DNA of 64,000 nucleotides. Source: a virus. The DNA lies in the IMG/VR virus record IMGVR_UViG_642555161_000005. The stretch is one strand, 5' to 3'. The translations under genes and the position numbers were made by a program. Below are positions 27,431 through 36,533 of the stretch, piece by piece. Below the pieces are notes generated by a model that did not search any database, was not told the origin of the DNA, and saw only the letters and a program-made list of their open reading frames with translations. Every line of letters begins with the position of its first letter. Position 1 is the first letter of the stretch.

Positions 27431-27709
27431 TCACTTCTTCTCCGTGACTTCCCGGCGGTACATCCGCACCACGTTGCCCACATCGTCGCGCATGTCGGGG
27501 GGCAAGCGGCTGGCCTCGACAAAGGCGTCGTCCGGGTCGATGCCCAGAATCTCTGCCGCCTTGCGGATCAGTTCATCCTTGGGCGGTTTTTCCATGTCGC
27601 GTTCGATGCGCGACCAGTAGGCAGGCGAAATCTCGAGCTGACGCGCGAACTCGTTCATCTGGATCTGCTTCTCTTCGCGCTTTTTGCGAATGAAGGCTCC
27701 GAAAGGCAT
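27431..27709 (-). CDS. Xre-family repressor (ImmR-like)
   Basis: FGAFIRKKRE...EFARQLEISPAYWSRIERD. Confidence 0.9.
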   Translation of the reverse strand: MPFGAFIRKKREEKQIQMNEFARQLEISPAYWSRIERDMEKPPKDELIRKAAEILGIDPDDAFVEASRLPPDMRDDVGNVVRMYRREVTEKK

Positions 27710-27722
27710 GTGTGTTTCCTAG

Positions 27723-27774
27723 TTGCGTGATTTGTTAATAGTTCGAGCGTACTGCGGAGGATGCCGCTTGTCAA
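27723..27774 (-). promoter_or_regulatory. Sigma70 promoter of the xre-immA operon with operator copy A
   Basis: Minus strand TTGACA (27769-27774)-N17-TACGCT (27746-27751); the 19-mer at 27723-27741 overlaps the expected +1. Confidence 0.7.
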
Positions 27775-27880
27775 CTGTTTAGTTAACGCGAAAGTTTTTG
27801 CCGCCAATTACCCGGAATTGCCATCCGCTTCGGAAGATCAGGCTCACTATCCATGACGGTTGCAATTCCCCGGAGCCGTC

Positions 27881-28072
27881 ATGAAAAACCTCGAACTTGC
27901 ATCTCCTGCCGAGATGTCCGCCAGCGCCCGCGCTGGCGAAATCACCGCCATCCTCGCGGCCGCCATCGTTCGCACACTTGTTGCCGATGAGCCAAACCAG
28001 AGAGCCAATAGCCTTGGCTTCCTGCCCGACCAGCGCGTTCATGCAACTCCCTATCAACAGGAGAAGTTGTGA
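27881..28072 (+). CDS. Small hypothetical protein
   Basis: RBS GGAG; stop overlaps the start of the next gene; contains motif copy 4. Confidence 0.5.
   Translation: MKNLELASPAEMSASARAGEITAILAAAIVRTLVADEPNQRANSLGFLPDQRVHATPYQQEKL
28012..28042 (+). promoter_or_regulatory. Repeated promoter-like motif, copy 4
   Basis: CCTTGGCTTC-ctgcccgac-CAGCGCGTTCAT upstream of the recombinase operon. Confidence 0.75.
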
Positions 28073-28527
28073 TGAACGACAAACAAGCATCCGTCGCCGC
28101 GCAGGTGGCGGCACTGCCGTCCTTGACGATGCCCGAGGTCTGGGCGCTCTGGGATCGGTTTTTCCAGCGCCGCCCAGACAAGACCAATCGCGTCTATCTG
28201 GAATCCCGCATCGCCTACAAGTTGCAGGAAGAAGCCTTCGGCGGACTCGACCCCGACACCCGCAGGCGGCTGGCCAACATCGGCGTGCGCCACTCGAAAA
28301 TCAAGGAACGGCGCAAGGCCCGCGAGATTGCGTTGGCACCGGGCACGGTGCTGGTGCGCGAATGGGGCGACCGCGATCACCGCGTCCTGGTCACCGCTGA
28401 CGGCACCTTCGACTACGAGGGCCAGCAGTTCAAAAGCCTGTCCGCGGTGGCCCGCCACATCGCGGGCACGCCGTGGTCGGGGCCGCTGTTCTTTGGCCTG
28501 CGCCGCAGCGGGGAGGATTTCGAATGA
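28069..28527 (+). CDS. DUF2924-like protein
   Basis: RIAYKLQE..FGGL, GTVLVREW and SLSAVARHIAGTPWSGPLFFGL motifs; typical partner of large serine recombinases. Confidence 0.85.
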   Translation: MMNDKQASVAAQVAALPSLTMPEVWALWDRFFQRRPDKTNRVYLESRIAYKLQEEAFGGLDPDTRRRLANIGVRHSKIKERRKAREIALAPGTVLVREWGDRDHRVLVTADGTFDYEGQQFKSLSAVARHIAGTPWSGPLFFGLRRSGEDFE

Positions 28528-29894
28528 ACGACGTGCCACACAGCAAGCCGCGCCAGCGCTGCGCCGTCTACTGCCGGGTGTCCTCGGACGAGCGCCTCGA
28601 CCAAGAGTTCAACTCCATCGACGCGCAGAAGGAAGCAGGCCACGCCTATGTGGCCAGCCAGCGCGCCGAGGGCTGGATTCCGGTGGCCGACGACTACGAC
28701 GACCCCGGGTTCTCCGGTGGCAACACCGATCGCCCGGGCTTGAAGCGCCTGCTGGCCGACATCGAGCGCGGCCTGATCGACATCGTGGTGGTCTACAAAA
28801 TAGACCGCCTGACGCGCAGCCTGGCTGACTTCTCCAAGATGGTCGAAGTGTTCGAGCGCCGCAACGTGTCCTTCGTTTCGGTGACGCAGCAGTTCAACAC
28901 CACCACCTCGATGGGCAGGCTGATGCTCAACGTGCTGCTGTCCTTTGCCCAGTTCGAGCGCGAGGTCACCGGCGAGCGCATCCGCGACAAGATCGCCGCC
29001 GCCAAGCGCAAGGGGATGTGGATGGGTGGCGTGCCGCCCTTGGGCTACGACGTCGACAACCGCCTGCTGATCGTCAACGTCGTTGAAGCGGCGGTAGTGC
29101 GGCGCATCTTCGAGGAGATGCTGACCATCGGCTCGCCGACCCAGATCGCCGCCAGGCTCACCGAGGAAGGCATCACCACCAAGGCCTGGACGACCCAAGA
29201 CGGCTCCACCCGCGCGGGCACGCGCATCGACAAGAAGTACCTGCACAAGCTGCTGCGCAACCGCATCTACCTTGGCGAGTTGTCGCACAAGGGCAGTTGG
29301 TACCCGGGCGTACATCCGGCCATCATCGACCACGGACTATGGGGCCAGGTGCATGAGATTCTGGCCAAGGACGGGCACACCCGGTCGGTGGAAACCAAGA
29401 TCCGCTCGCGCACCGACGCCTTGCTGCGCGGCCTGCTGTACGCGCCCACCGGCGAGCGGATGTATCCGACGTACTCGCGCAAGAACGGGCGCAAGTACCG
29501 CTACTACGTGTCCAAGTCGGAGGTGCGCTACGGCGCGGGCGGCAAAACCTATGAGCGCATCCCGGCTGACGAGGTAGAAGCCGCCACCATCGCCCAGATC
29601 AAATCGGTGCTGGCCAGCCCCGAGGCGATTACGGCGGTCTGCCAGTTCATCCAGCGCAATGGCGCGCAGATCACCGAGGACATGGCGGTGATGGCGATGC
29701 ATCGCTTGGGCGAGGTGTGGGAGCGGTTGTATCCGGCAGAACGCCACCGCATCGTCAACCTGATGCTGGAACGGGTGGACATCGTCCCCGGCGGCCTGAA
29801 GGTGAGCTGGCGCGAGCTGGGCTGGAAGGCGCTGATCGTCGAGTTCGCGCCAGACAGCATCGGCGCAGAGCTGGTCGAGCTGGAGGCGTCATGA
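28524..29894 (+). CDS. Large serine recombinase (integrase)
   Basis: AVYCRVSS catalytic motif, DDPGFSGGNTDRPGL, DRLTRS and PPLGY; recombinase domain. Confidence 0.95.
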   Translation: MNDVPHSKPRQRCAVYCRVSSDERLDQEFNSIDAQKEAGHAYVASQRAEGWIPVADDYDDPGFSGGNTDRPGLKRLLADIERGLIDIVVVYKIDRLTRSLADFSKMVEVFERRNVSFVSVTQQFNTTTSMGRLMLNVLLSFAQFEREVTGERIRDKIAAAKRKGMWMGGVPPLGYDVDNRLLIVNVVEAAVVRRIFEEMLTIGSPTQIAARLTEEGITTKAWTTQDGSTRAGTRIDKKYLHKLLRNRIYLGELSHKGSWYPGVHPAIIDHGLWGQVHEILAKDGHTRSVETKIRSRTDALLRGLLYAPTGERMYPTYSRKNGRKYRYYVSKSEVRYGAGGKTYERIPADEVEAATIAQIKSVLASPEAITAVCQFIQRNGAQITEDMAVMAMHRLGEVWERLYPAERHRIVNLMLERVDIVPGGLKVSWRELGWKALIVEFAPDSIGAELVELEAS

Positions 29895-30259
29895 GCGAAA
29901 CCGCAACCCTGCCGAATTTTGTGCCGCTGGTGTTCAAGCGCCGGGGCATCCGGCGTCTGGCCGACACCGGTGCAGTGGCCCATGACCCGACCCTCATCGA
30001 AGGCGTGGCGCGGGCGATCCACTGGCAGCAGCTGCTCGACAGCGGCGAGTTTGAAAGTGGCGCGGCCATTGCCCGGGCCGAGGGTCTGCATAGCAGTACG
30101 GTCAACGAGCTACTGCGCCTGACCTTGCTGGCCCCGGACATCGTCGAACTACTGATGGCAGGTCGCCAGCCCCGGCGACTGACGCTGATCTGGTTCCAGC
30201 GCAACCCCATTCCGGTCGACTGGCAGCAACAGCGCCAGATCATCCAATCCTTCGAGTAG
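29891..30259 (+). CDS. Recombinase-associated small HTH protein 1
   Basis: ARAIHWQQLLDSG...IARAEGL...LLRLTLLAPDIV. Confidence 0.8.
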   Translation: MSETATLPNFVPLVFKRRGIRRLADTGAVAHDPTLIEGVARAIHWQQLLDSGEFESGAAIARAEGLHSSTVNELLRLTLLAPDIVELLMAGRQPRRLTLIWFQRNPIPVDWQQQRQIIQSFE

Positions 30260-30270
30260 GAGCCCAGCAC

Positions 30271-30750
30271 ATGGCCAAGAAAGACATCGGAAAACTCACC
30301 GGCGAAGCCGTCACCTTCCAGATCCCCAGCCCCGCAGGCGGGGTGCGGATGGAGACGTTCATTCCGTGGCAACTGGTCAAGCGCGGCGTGCGTCGCAAGA
30401 TCATCACGCCGCTGGATGCGCCGGAGGAATTCACCGGCGAAGCCGCGCAGGAGCGTGAGGCCCGGATGGCGGCGCAGGACAGCGCCTTGGTGCGTGCGCT
30501 CGGGCTGGCGCATCACTGGCAACGCCTGCTGGACGAAGGCCGGTTCACCTCGATGACCGAGATCGCGCAGGCCGAAGGGATCAACCCGGGACGGGCCAGC
30601 ACGATTGCGCGACTGGTGCATTTGGCACCGGACATCGTCGCGGCCTGCCTGACCCGCGACAGCGGGATCGCCCTGGAGCACCTGATCCGCAACGGCAGCC
30701 TGCCGTTGGACTGGCCGCAACAGCGCGCGCTGGTTGCCAGCAAAACCTGA
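30271..30750 (+). CDS. Recombinase-associated small HTH protein 2 (paralog of the previous gene)
   Basis: GLAHHWQRLLDEG...IAQAEGI...ARLVHLAPDIV. Confidence 0.8.
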   Translation: MAKKDIGKLTGEAVTFQIPSPAGGVRMETFIPWQLVKRGVRRKIITPLDAPEEFTGEAAQEREARMAAQDSALVRALGLAHHWQRLLDEGRFTSMTEIAQAEGINPGRASTIARLVHLAPDIVAACLTRDSGIALEHLIRNGSLPLDWPQQRALVASKT

Positions 30751-30770
30751 TCCCAGAACCTGCGTCAGCC

Positions 30771-30794
30771 AACCGCCTACGGGCGGTTTTTTTC
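30771..30794 (+). terminator. Intrinsic terminator of the recombinase operon
   Basis: AACCGCC-tacg-GGCGGTT followed by a T run. Confidence 0.7.
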
Positions 30795-31015
30795 GTTCTT
30801 CGCGCTCTCGGTCGCGCCACGTCAGCAGTTGAAAAACGCAACCCGTCACGCGCAAACCCGCGCCGTTGCTTGGGGTGGGGCGTTTTTCGGTAAAGAGGCA
30901 AACAGAGAACAGAGAGGAAAAACGGCGCGAAATGGCCTGGAAGTGGGCGTAGTTCGTGGGATGCCGCTAAAGAGAAAAACGCCCGGAACCGCGCCAACAC
31001 TGGCGCTTCGGGCAG

Positions 31016-31047
31016 AAAAAAACCCAACCGATAAGGGTTGGGTTTTT
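31016..31047 (-). terminator. Terminator downstream of ssrA (potentially bidirectional)
   Basis: AAAAACCCAACC-gataag-GGTTGGGTTTTT with A/T tails on both sides. Confidence 0.75.
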
Positions 31048-31053
31048 AAGTAT

Positions 31054-31407
31054 TGGTGGAGGTGGGCGGAATTGAACCGCCGTCCGAAGGCACTCCATCC
31101 CCAGCACTACATGCTTAGCTCACCGTTGGATCTCGTCCCCGAACAGCACGGCGTGCAAAGCGCATCCGGGAACCAGCCTGTTGTGTTCTAGTGCCGGACT
31201 GACAGGCAGCCACCCAGCGCGATTCCATGATAGTGACTCTACACCGCGAGCATGGACACAAGCGGTTTCGAGGCTTAGGCCTTAAGCGGCCAGAGCGTAG
31301 TTGTCGTCGTTGGCAACTAGAGTTTTGCAGCTGGATTTACGAGGAAAGCTACCCCCTCGGCATGCGCCAGGCGACTTCACAACCCCCGTCGAAACCAATG
31401 CACCCCC
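31054..31407 (-). ncRNA. ssrA: tmRNA
   Basis: 5' GGGGGTGCATTGGTTTCGAC, 3' TTCAATTCCGCCCACCTCCACCA; tag ANDDNYALAA* at 31282-31314. Confidence 0.97.
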
Positions 31408-31680
31408 GGTTTCTTCAAGTGCTGCAAGGCTTTTGGGGTCAATGCTGGCAAAAAGCTGGCACTGACCCTGCCCAACGACACGGATAGTACGGCAATCTTT
31501 CTGAACAGTCACGGGTCGCTGTTGGACGTATTCAGTTTTAGATCGCGGTTCCGATGCCCCCAGAGCCTAGGGCAGGAGCTCCGAGCGATGTTCTTGTTGA
31601 CAAAGCGGGGTCTTTGGTGGAAATTTGCGGACACTAGGGGTGTCAACCGGTCCCTTCCAAACCAGAGGTTTTGTCAACTG

Positions 31681-32322
31681 ATGGATACTGTTCAAATTCT
31701 GGAGCACTGCGGTGTCACCGAGCGCCACTGTGAGGCTCTGGGGCAGGCGGTCCCTGAAGCCTATGCGGCTCTGGCTAAACTGGCTGCCTCCACTCCGATG
31801 CTCGGCGGCTTTGTTCAAGGTCGAAGAGGCCTTAGCTATTTGAGAGACATCTCAGTCCAGCACGCATTGGAGGCGAAGGCAGCGGAGACGAGGCTCTTCT
31901 TCACCTCTACGGCGTGGAATCGGCATCGCAACTACTGCTTCTTGCAGCTCCAGGTTGGGCAGACGATCTTCACCACTCATTACGCAGGAGCCAACGGGAG
32001 CCGAGCGGTCCGCAAGGCCGCATCGCGTGCCGAGCTTGTGATGCGCACGCCTGATCTGTTCGCGGCCACCGGGGAAGAGCCCGACATGAGTCTTGTGGAG
32101 AAGAGTGCCTACGTACAGCTTGTGCACGCAGGCGTGACCAAGCCAAAATTTGTGTTGCTGCAGATCCCGAACCGTGATCAGCATGCATCGAGACTGGCGC
32201 CTCTGATTTTGGATATGCAGTCGCCTCTGAAGGGAGCTGTTGAAGAGGTGCAAGATAGGTTGAATGAGGCATTTAAGCGCAAGGCCGTAGAGCGCGCAGA
32301 GCAGGGCAATCGTGCAAGCTAA
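31681..32322 (+). CDS. Hypothetical protein, candidate toxin/effector
   Basis: ATG with RBS GAGG; overlaps the start of the XRE-ImmA fusion; lower GC. Confidence 0.75.
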   Translation: MDTVQILEHCGVTERHCEALGQAVPEAYAALAKLAASTPMLGGFVQGRRGLSYLRDISVQHALEAKAAETRLFFTSTAWNRHRNYCFLQLQVGQTIFTTHYAGANGSRAVRKAASRAELVMRTPDLFAATGEEPDMSLVEKSAYVQLVHAGVTKPKFVLLQIPNRDQHASRLAPLILDMQSPLKGAVEEVQDRLNEAFKRKAVERAEQGNRAS

Positions 32323-33448
32323 GTTTGAACCACGGCGTCTGAAGCAGGCCCGCGCGCTGCGTCGCATGACGCTGGCTGACCTGGGCGCACGCACGGATGT
32401 GACGCGCCAAGGCTTGAGCCAGTTTGAGAACGGGGATCGCGTGCCCGCGCCGGAGACGTTGCTGCGAATCGCTGCAGAACTGGATTTTCCAATCGAGTTC
32501 TTCTGGAGGGGTGTGGGGCCAGTTGAGCGCAGCCCGCGCTCCTTGGTTCACTATCGTTCACTTCGCCGGACACGTGACACAATCCTAGATCAGCAACGTG
32601 CAGCTGCGGTTCTGGATATGGCTGCTGCGGTTATGGATGCGATGCAGGAGCACGTTGATTACGCTGACGCAGACATTCCAAAGATCCCGCCGGATGTCGA
32701 CCCGTTGTCGCTGAGTGGCGATGAGGTTGAAGAGGTTGCTAATTCGGTCCGCAAAGAGCTTGGTTTGGGATTGGGGCCAATCTCCGATGTAACGCTGTTG
32801 GTGGAGAACCGCTCGATACCTGTGATGCATTTTCCATTGCCAGACGGAATGGATGGACTGTCGGCATACTATGGTGAGAGGCCTTTCATCGTAGTTTCAT
32901 CCGACGCGACGCGGGATCGCTCGCGCTTGAACGTGGCGCATGAATTTGGTCACCTGGTTCTCCATGAGTCGATCTCTGTCGAAGGTGAGCTCGACATCGA
33001 GACATTCCGGTTGGTCGAAGACCAGGCGTGGCGGTTTGCGGGTGCCTTGATGCTGCCTGCGGAGTCGTTCCTAAAGGATGTCTATAGCACCTCCTTGGAT
33101 GCACTGCTGTTGCTGAAGAAGAGGTGGGGTGTCTCCGTCGCCGCGATCATTAAAAGGCTACAGGTGCTCGGCATCCTCAACCAAGATCAGGTCAAGTATC
33201 TGAACATCCAGAAGCGCCAGAGAAACTGGAGTCGCGCAGAGCCGGGCGACGATGCTGAGAGGGAAACCTCGCGGCTGTTCCGTCGTGCTGCTGACTACTT
33301 GTCAGCTGAGGCGGGTATCCCGCTCCATCAGTTCGCTGCAGAAGCTCGGCTTCCGCTGCCAATCTTGGCAAGTGCTTTGGAAACGACTACTGCGGAGTTG
33401 ATTCCTCCGCGATTGGAGAATGTGGTGCAATTCCGACCGAAGGGTTGA
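32312..33448 (+). CDS. XRE HTH + ImmA/IrrE metallopeptidase fusion
   Basis: RLKQARALRRMTLADLG...LSQFENG; AHEFGHLVLH; EDQAWRFAGALMLP. Confidence 0.92.
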   Translation: MQAKFEPRRLKQARALRRMTLADLGARTDVTRQGLSQFENGDRVPAPETLLRIAAELDFPIEFFWRGVGPVERSPRSLVHYRSLRRTRDTILDQQRAAAVLDMAAAVMDAMQEHVDYADADIPKIPPDVDPLSLSGDEVEEVANSVRKELGLGLGPISDVTLLVENRSIPVMHFPLPDGMDGLSAYYGERPFIVVSSDATRDRSRLNVAHEFGHLVLHESISVEGELDIETFRLVEDQAWRFAGALMLPAESFLKDVYSTSLDALLLLKKRWGVSVAAIIKRLQVLGILNQDQVKYLNIQKRQRNWSRAEPGDDAERETSRLFRRAADYLSAEAGIPLHQFAAEARLPLPILASALETTTAELIPPRLENVVQFRPKG

Positions 33449-33504
33449 TTGCCTCTGCCTAGACTGGACCGGAAGAATGCCGCTTTGGACTAGGCCGCTA
33501 CCTC

Positions 33505-34680
33505 TCACCCTGGGTTGGCTGCTGCAGAAGCGGCCAACCATACTTCGGCAGTCTTAGCACCAGCATCTGGAACCATTGATGGGATCCAGCGGCCGTACTT
33601 CTTGGCTGTGATCGTCCAGTCTCGGTGTCCCATCTGCCGCGCCACCCACATGACGTTCTCGCCGGCGCTGAGCGCCTGGGAGGCGAAGGTGTGGCGCATC
33701 TGATAGGGGTACCGGTACCGGACGCCAGCCTTGCGCAGCGCGCGCTGCCATTCGCCGGCGCGGATGCTCTGATCCGACCCCCACCGCGCGTTCGTCCTGG
33801 GGTCATGGAAGACGAACTCGCCCGCGGTGGCGGTATGGGCGCGCTGAGCCTTCAGGGCATCGATCGCAGGTTGCAGCAGCTGCACCTCGCGCACGCCGGA
33901 CTCGGTCTTCGGAGCCTTCATCTTGCCCATGACCCAGGCGCGCCGGATCTTGACCGTTCCCTTGCGCCAGTCGATGTCCGACCAGCAGAGGCCGATCATC
34001 TCTGAGGTGCGCAGGCCCGTGGCGAAGTTGAACTGGCAGTAGTTGCGGACTTGGTCTTCGCGGCAAGCGGCCAGGATTGCCTGAACTTCCTCTGGCGTGA
34101 ATGGGTCGACCTCTTCGCGCGCATTGGCCTTGGCACGCCGCTTCACCCTGAACCCGTCGAGGGGATTGCTCGGGATCAAGTCGTCGGCCACGGCCTCATC
34201 CAGTGCACCGCGGAGCGGGCCCAGGACGTTGTTGATGCGCTTGGCCGACGTCGACTCGTCGAACGTGGCCACCAGCTCCTTCAGGGCAATACGGTCGAAG
34301 TCACGCAGCGCGATCGCTCCGCAGCGCGGCACCAGGATGTTCTCGACGATGCGGCGGTAGCCGATCAGGCTGCTGTGCTCGAGCTCGGGCTCTTTCTGCG
34401 CCAGCCACCGGGTCAGCACCTGCTCCAGGTTGTCCAGGGCTGCAGGCCGAGTGGCCACCTGGCGAGCACGCTTGCTGTTGGGGAAGTGCGTGGCGTAGTC
34501 GAACGTGCCTTTCTCGATCTCGATCTTGATCTGGCCCAGCAGGTTTTCGCAGTACCGCAGATTTCGTGCGGTCGGGGGCAGCTTCAGCCGTTCGCGACAG
34601 CGCTTGCCGCGGTAGTGAAAGGTTATCTCGATGCTGCCTTGTGAAGCTGGCCTGACGCCGCTCTGCCTTGGACTACCCAC
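33505..34680 (-). CDS. Tyrosine integrase
   Basis: TGLRTSE, PKT, YQMRHTFAS and QMGH...KKY catalytic motifs; N-terminal arm-binding domain; GTG start at 34680. Confidence 0.95.
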   Translation of the reverse strand: MGSPRQSGVRPASQGSIEITFHYRGKRCRERLKLPPTARNLRYCENLLGQIKIEIEKGTFDYATHFPNSKRARQVATRPAALDNLEQVLTRWLAQKEPELEHSSLIGYRRIVENILVPRCGAIALRDFDRIALKELVATFDESTSAKRINNVLGPLRGALDEAVADDLIPSNPLDGFRVKRRAKANAREEVDPFTPEEVQAILAACREDQVRNYCQFNFATGLRTSEMIGLCWSDIDWRKGTVKIRRAWVMGKMKAPKTESGVREVQLLQPAIDALKAQRAHTATAGEFVFHDPRTNARWGSDQSIRAGEWQRALRKAGVRYRYPYQMRHTFASQALSAGENVMWVARQMGHRDWTITAKKYGRWIPSMVPDAGAKTAEVWLAASAAANPG

Positions 34681-34901
34681 TCTTCGTATCCCTCCAAATC
34701 GATCAGGTTTCTTCCATCTGGCGCCTTGATGAACACCGCGCCCTCTAGCCAATCGCCGCGCTTGATCTTCGAGTTGACCGCGTCGACCGTGTAGCCGGTC
34801 AGCGCCTCAAACTGCTTGAGCGTGACGAATCGGACCGGGCGCAGGTTCGCGGGGGATCCGGTCCTCGACAATCCTCGTGACGAGGGTCCGTAGCTACTCA
34901 T
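34623..34901 (-). CDS. Excisionase
   Basis: FEALTGYTVDAVNSKIKRGDWLEG...KAPDGRNLIDLEGYEEWV; overlaps the int start. Confidence 0.85.
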   Translation of the reverse strand: MSSYGPSSRGLSRTGSPANLRPVRFVTLKQFEALTGYTVDAVNSKIKRGDWLEGAVFIKAPDGRNLIDLEGYEEWVVQGRAASGQLHKAASR

Positions 34902-35134
34902 GGGGCACCGCCTGCAGGCTCCAGAGGACAGATGGGCGCTCGTCGGGGCCGTGGAAGGGCGCGGCGTGGCATCTGCGGCTGATCTCCCACGGGGGGGCGA
35001 GGCCGGCTTGGAACCCGCCCCCAGCAAACGACCAGGTCAGCGCGGCGGGAGGCAGCTTGGCCATGGGTGGAACACCTCGCGGCTGTTAGCTCATTTATGC
35101 TGCGATGCAGGATGCATAGGAAAGGGAGCACTGG

Positions 35135-35362
35135 ATGCCGGAGAGCGGCAGGTGGCACGAGGATTGGGTCTTCGCAATCAGGGGCAGGGTGGTTACGTGC
35201 AGGGTTTCGGTGGATATTCCAGGCAGCGGCGAGATCGTTGCGGTTCACGTGATGAACGGACCTAGTCTCACGCGCCTGTCGATTCCGGTTCTGTCGCAGC
35301 AGGACGCAAGAGAGAAGACAGAGCTCCTGCTCTGCGACCTCATGGGTAGAGATTGGTATTGA
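35135..35362 (+). CDS. Small hypothetical protein, antisense to the early operon
   Basis: RBS GGGAG, 75 aa, lower GC. Confidence 0.55.
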   Translation: MPESGRWHEDWVFAIRGRVVTCRVSVDIPGSGEIVAVHVMNGPSLTRLSIPVLSQQDAREKTELLLCDLMGRDWY

Positions 35363-35476
35363 TGGGAGCTGCTGATCAGACATCGGCGTCTCCTCATCTG
35401 AGTCGCCAAAGCTGGACCTATTCAGTTGGGTATCGCGTGGCGTAAATTGACCCCCGTCGATGGCGGGGGATCCAAC

Positions 35477-35704
35477 ATGGAGACAGAAGGCTTTCGCCGC
35501 ACTCTCAGGGGCGTGATCGATGGCCACAGGTTCCTCGTGACTGTTACTAGTCAGGCGGGGGAGGTGTTCCAGTTCACGGCTACGGTCGACGGTGTTGCCG
35601 TCGAGGTGAGGGATCGTGGTGTGATCCGCAACAAGGGCGATGCTATGCAGCTGGCGATGGTGGCTGTGGAGCGTTACATCGCGGAACTTGGTGGAAAGTG
35701 CTGA
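35477..35704 (+). CDS. Small hypothetical protein, antisense to the early operon
   Basis: RBS GGGGGA, 75 aa. Confidence 0.55.
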   Translation: METEGFRRTLRGVIDGHRFLVTVTSQAGEVFQFTATVDGVAVEVRDRGVIRNKGDAMQLAMVAVERYIAELGGKC

Positions 35705-35795
35705 GAATCGCATTGCGACTTCGGTTCGGCTTGGCGCAGGTCTGCGCCAAGCTCGCGCGAGCCACACTGCATCGCCATTTAACAGGCTGGGACGC

Positions 35796-36533
35796 TCACG
35801 CATGGGCGGCCTCCGCCAGTGACGCCGGCGCGGCAATATCGCTGGGCAGGCCTGTCGGTTCGGCTGCGCCGGCGGCATCGTCATAGGCGCGGATCGCGCG
35901 GGCGATCGCGTACAGGCGCCAGAGAAAGTGGAAGGTGTACTGCTGCAGGGACGATGCGTATTCCCAGGCGTCGGTGATCTGGAAGTCGCTGTAGTCGGGG
36001 TCGCTCGGCGCGAAGTCCGACATAGCGCCGATCGCATTGCTCAGTGCGTCATGGTCTTCCGAGTCATTCAGCACTTCGAGCTCGAGCTCCTGCCACAGCC
36101 GGGCCACCCATTCCGGGCGCGTGTCCGGATCCGCCAAGTCGTCAGGGTCTACGCGTTCCTCGACGTATTCCTTGAACAGGCGCATCACCAGGTCGCGGAA
36201 GAGGCGCGCGCTGAATTCCTTCTTCCCACCGTCGTTGGCCTCGCACTTCTCGGCCCAGTAGCCGTCGTTTACGAACAGGCCGCCGGCCTTCTCATGCTCT
36301 GCAGGCGTTGCGCGGAAGAACTCGAACATGTCGTGCAGGCGGTTGAAAACGGCGGTGCCCATGTCGCCGGAGATCGCCAGGTGTCCGGGCCAGGTCACGA
36401 TGTCGAATCCGTAGCAGTAGGTGCCGGGGCGCCGGAACTGCAGGTGGCGGTGCACGCCGTCGTCCACCACAATCCGCAGCTCATGGGTGGCCGTATCGGC
36501 AAGGAAGCGGGGGAGGACGTCACTGCGGTTCAT
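35796..36533 (-). CDS. Conserved hypothetical phage protein
   Basis: YGFDIVTWPGHLAISGDMG...DMFEFFR...YWAEK. Confidence 0.8.
   Translation of the reverse strand: MNRSDVLPRFLADTATHELRIVVDDGVHRHLQFRRPGTYCYGFDIVTWPGHLAISGDMGTAVFNRLHDMFEFFRATPAEHEKAGGLFVNDGYWAEKCEANDGGKKEFSARLFRDLVMRLFKEYVEERVDPDDLADPDTRPEWVARLWQELELEVLNDSEDHDALSNAIGAMSDFAPSDPDYSDFQITDAWEYASSLQQYTFHFLWRLYAIARAIRAYDDAAGAAEPTGLPSDIAAPASLAEAAHA

Larger units (their letters stand above)
1..31050. mobile_element. Prophage 1: lambda-like (cos) prophage with large serine recombinase, adjacent to the tmRNA 3' end; left end outside the window
   Basis: Contiguous tail-head-terminase-methylase-primase-regulator-recombinase gene order ending just past the tmRNA CCA end. 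Confidence 0.9.

Noticed and set aside
29755..30855. 366-aa minus-strand ORF near the element end
   Set aside because: Overlaps three well-supported plus-strand genes; no motifs
31282..31512. 76-aa ORF ending ANDDNYALAA
   Set aside because: It is the tmRNA tag frame, not a protein gene
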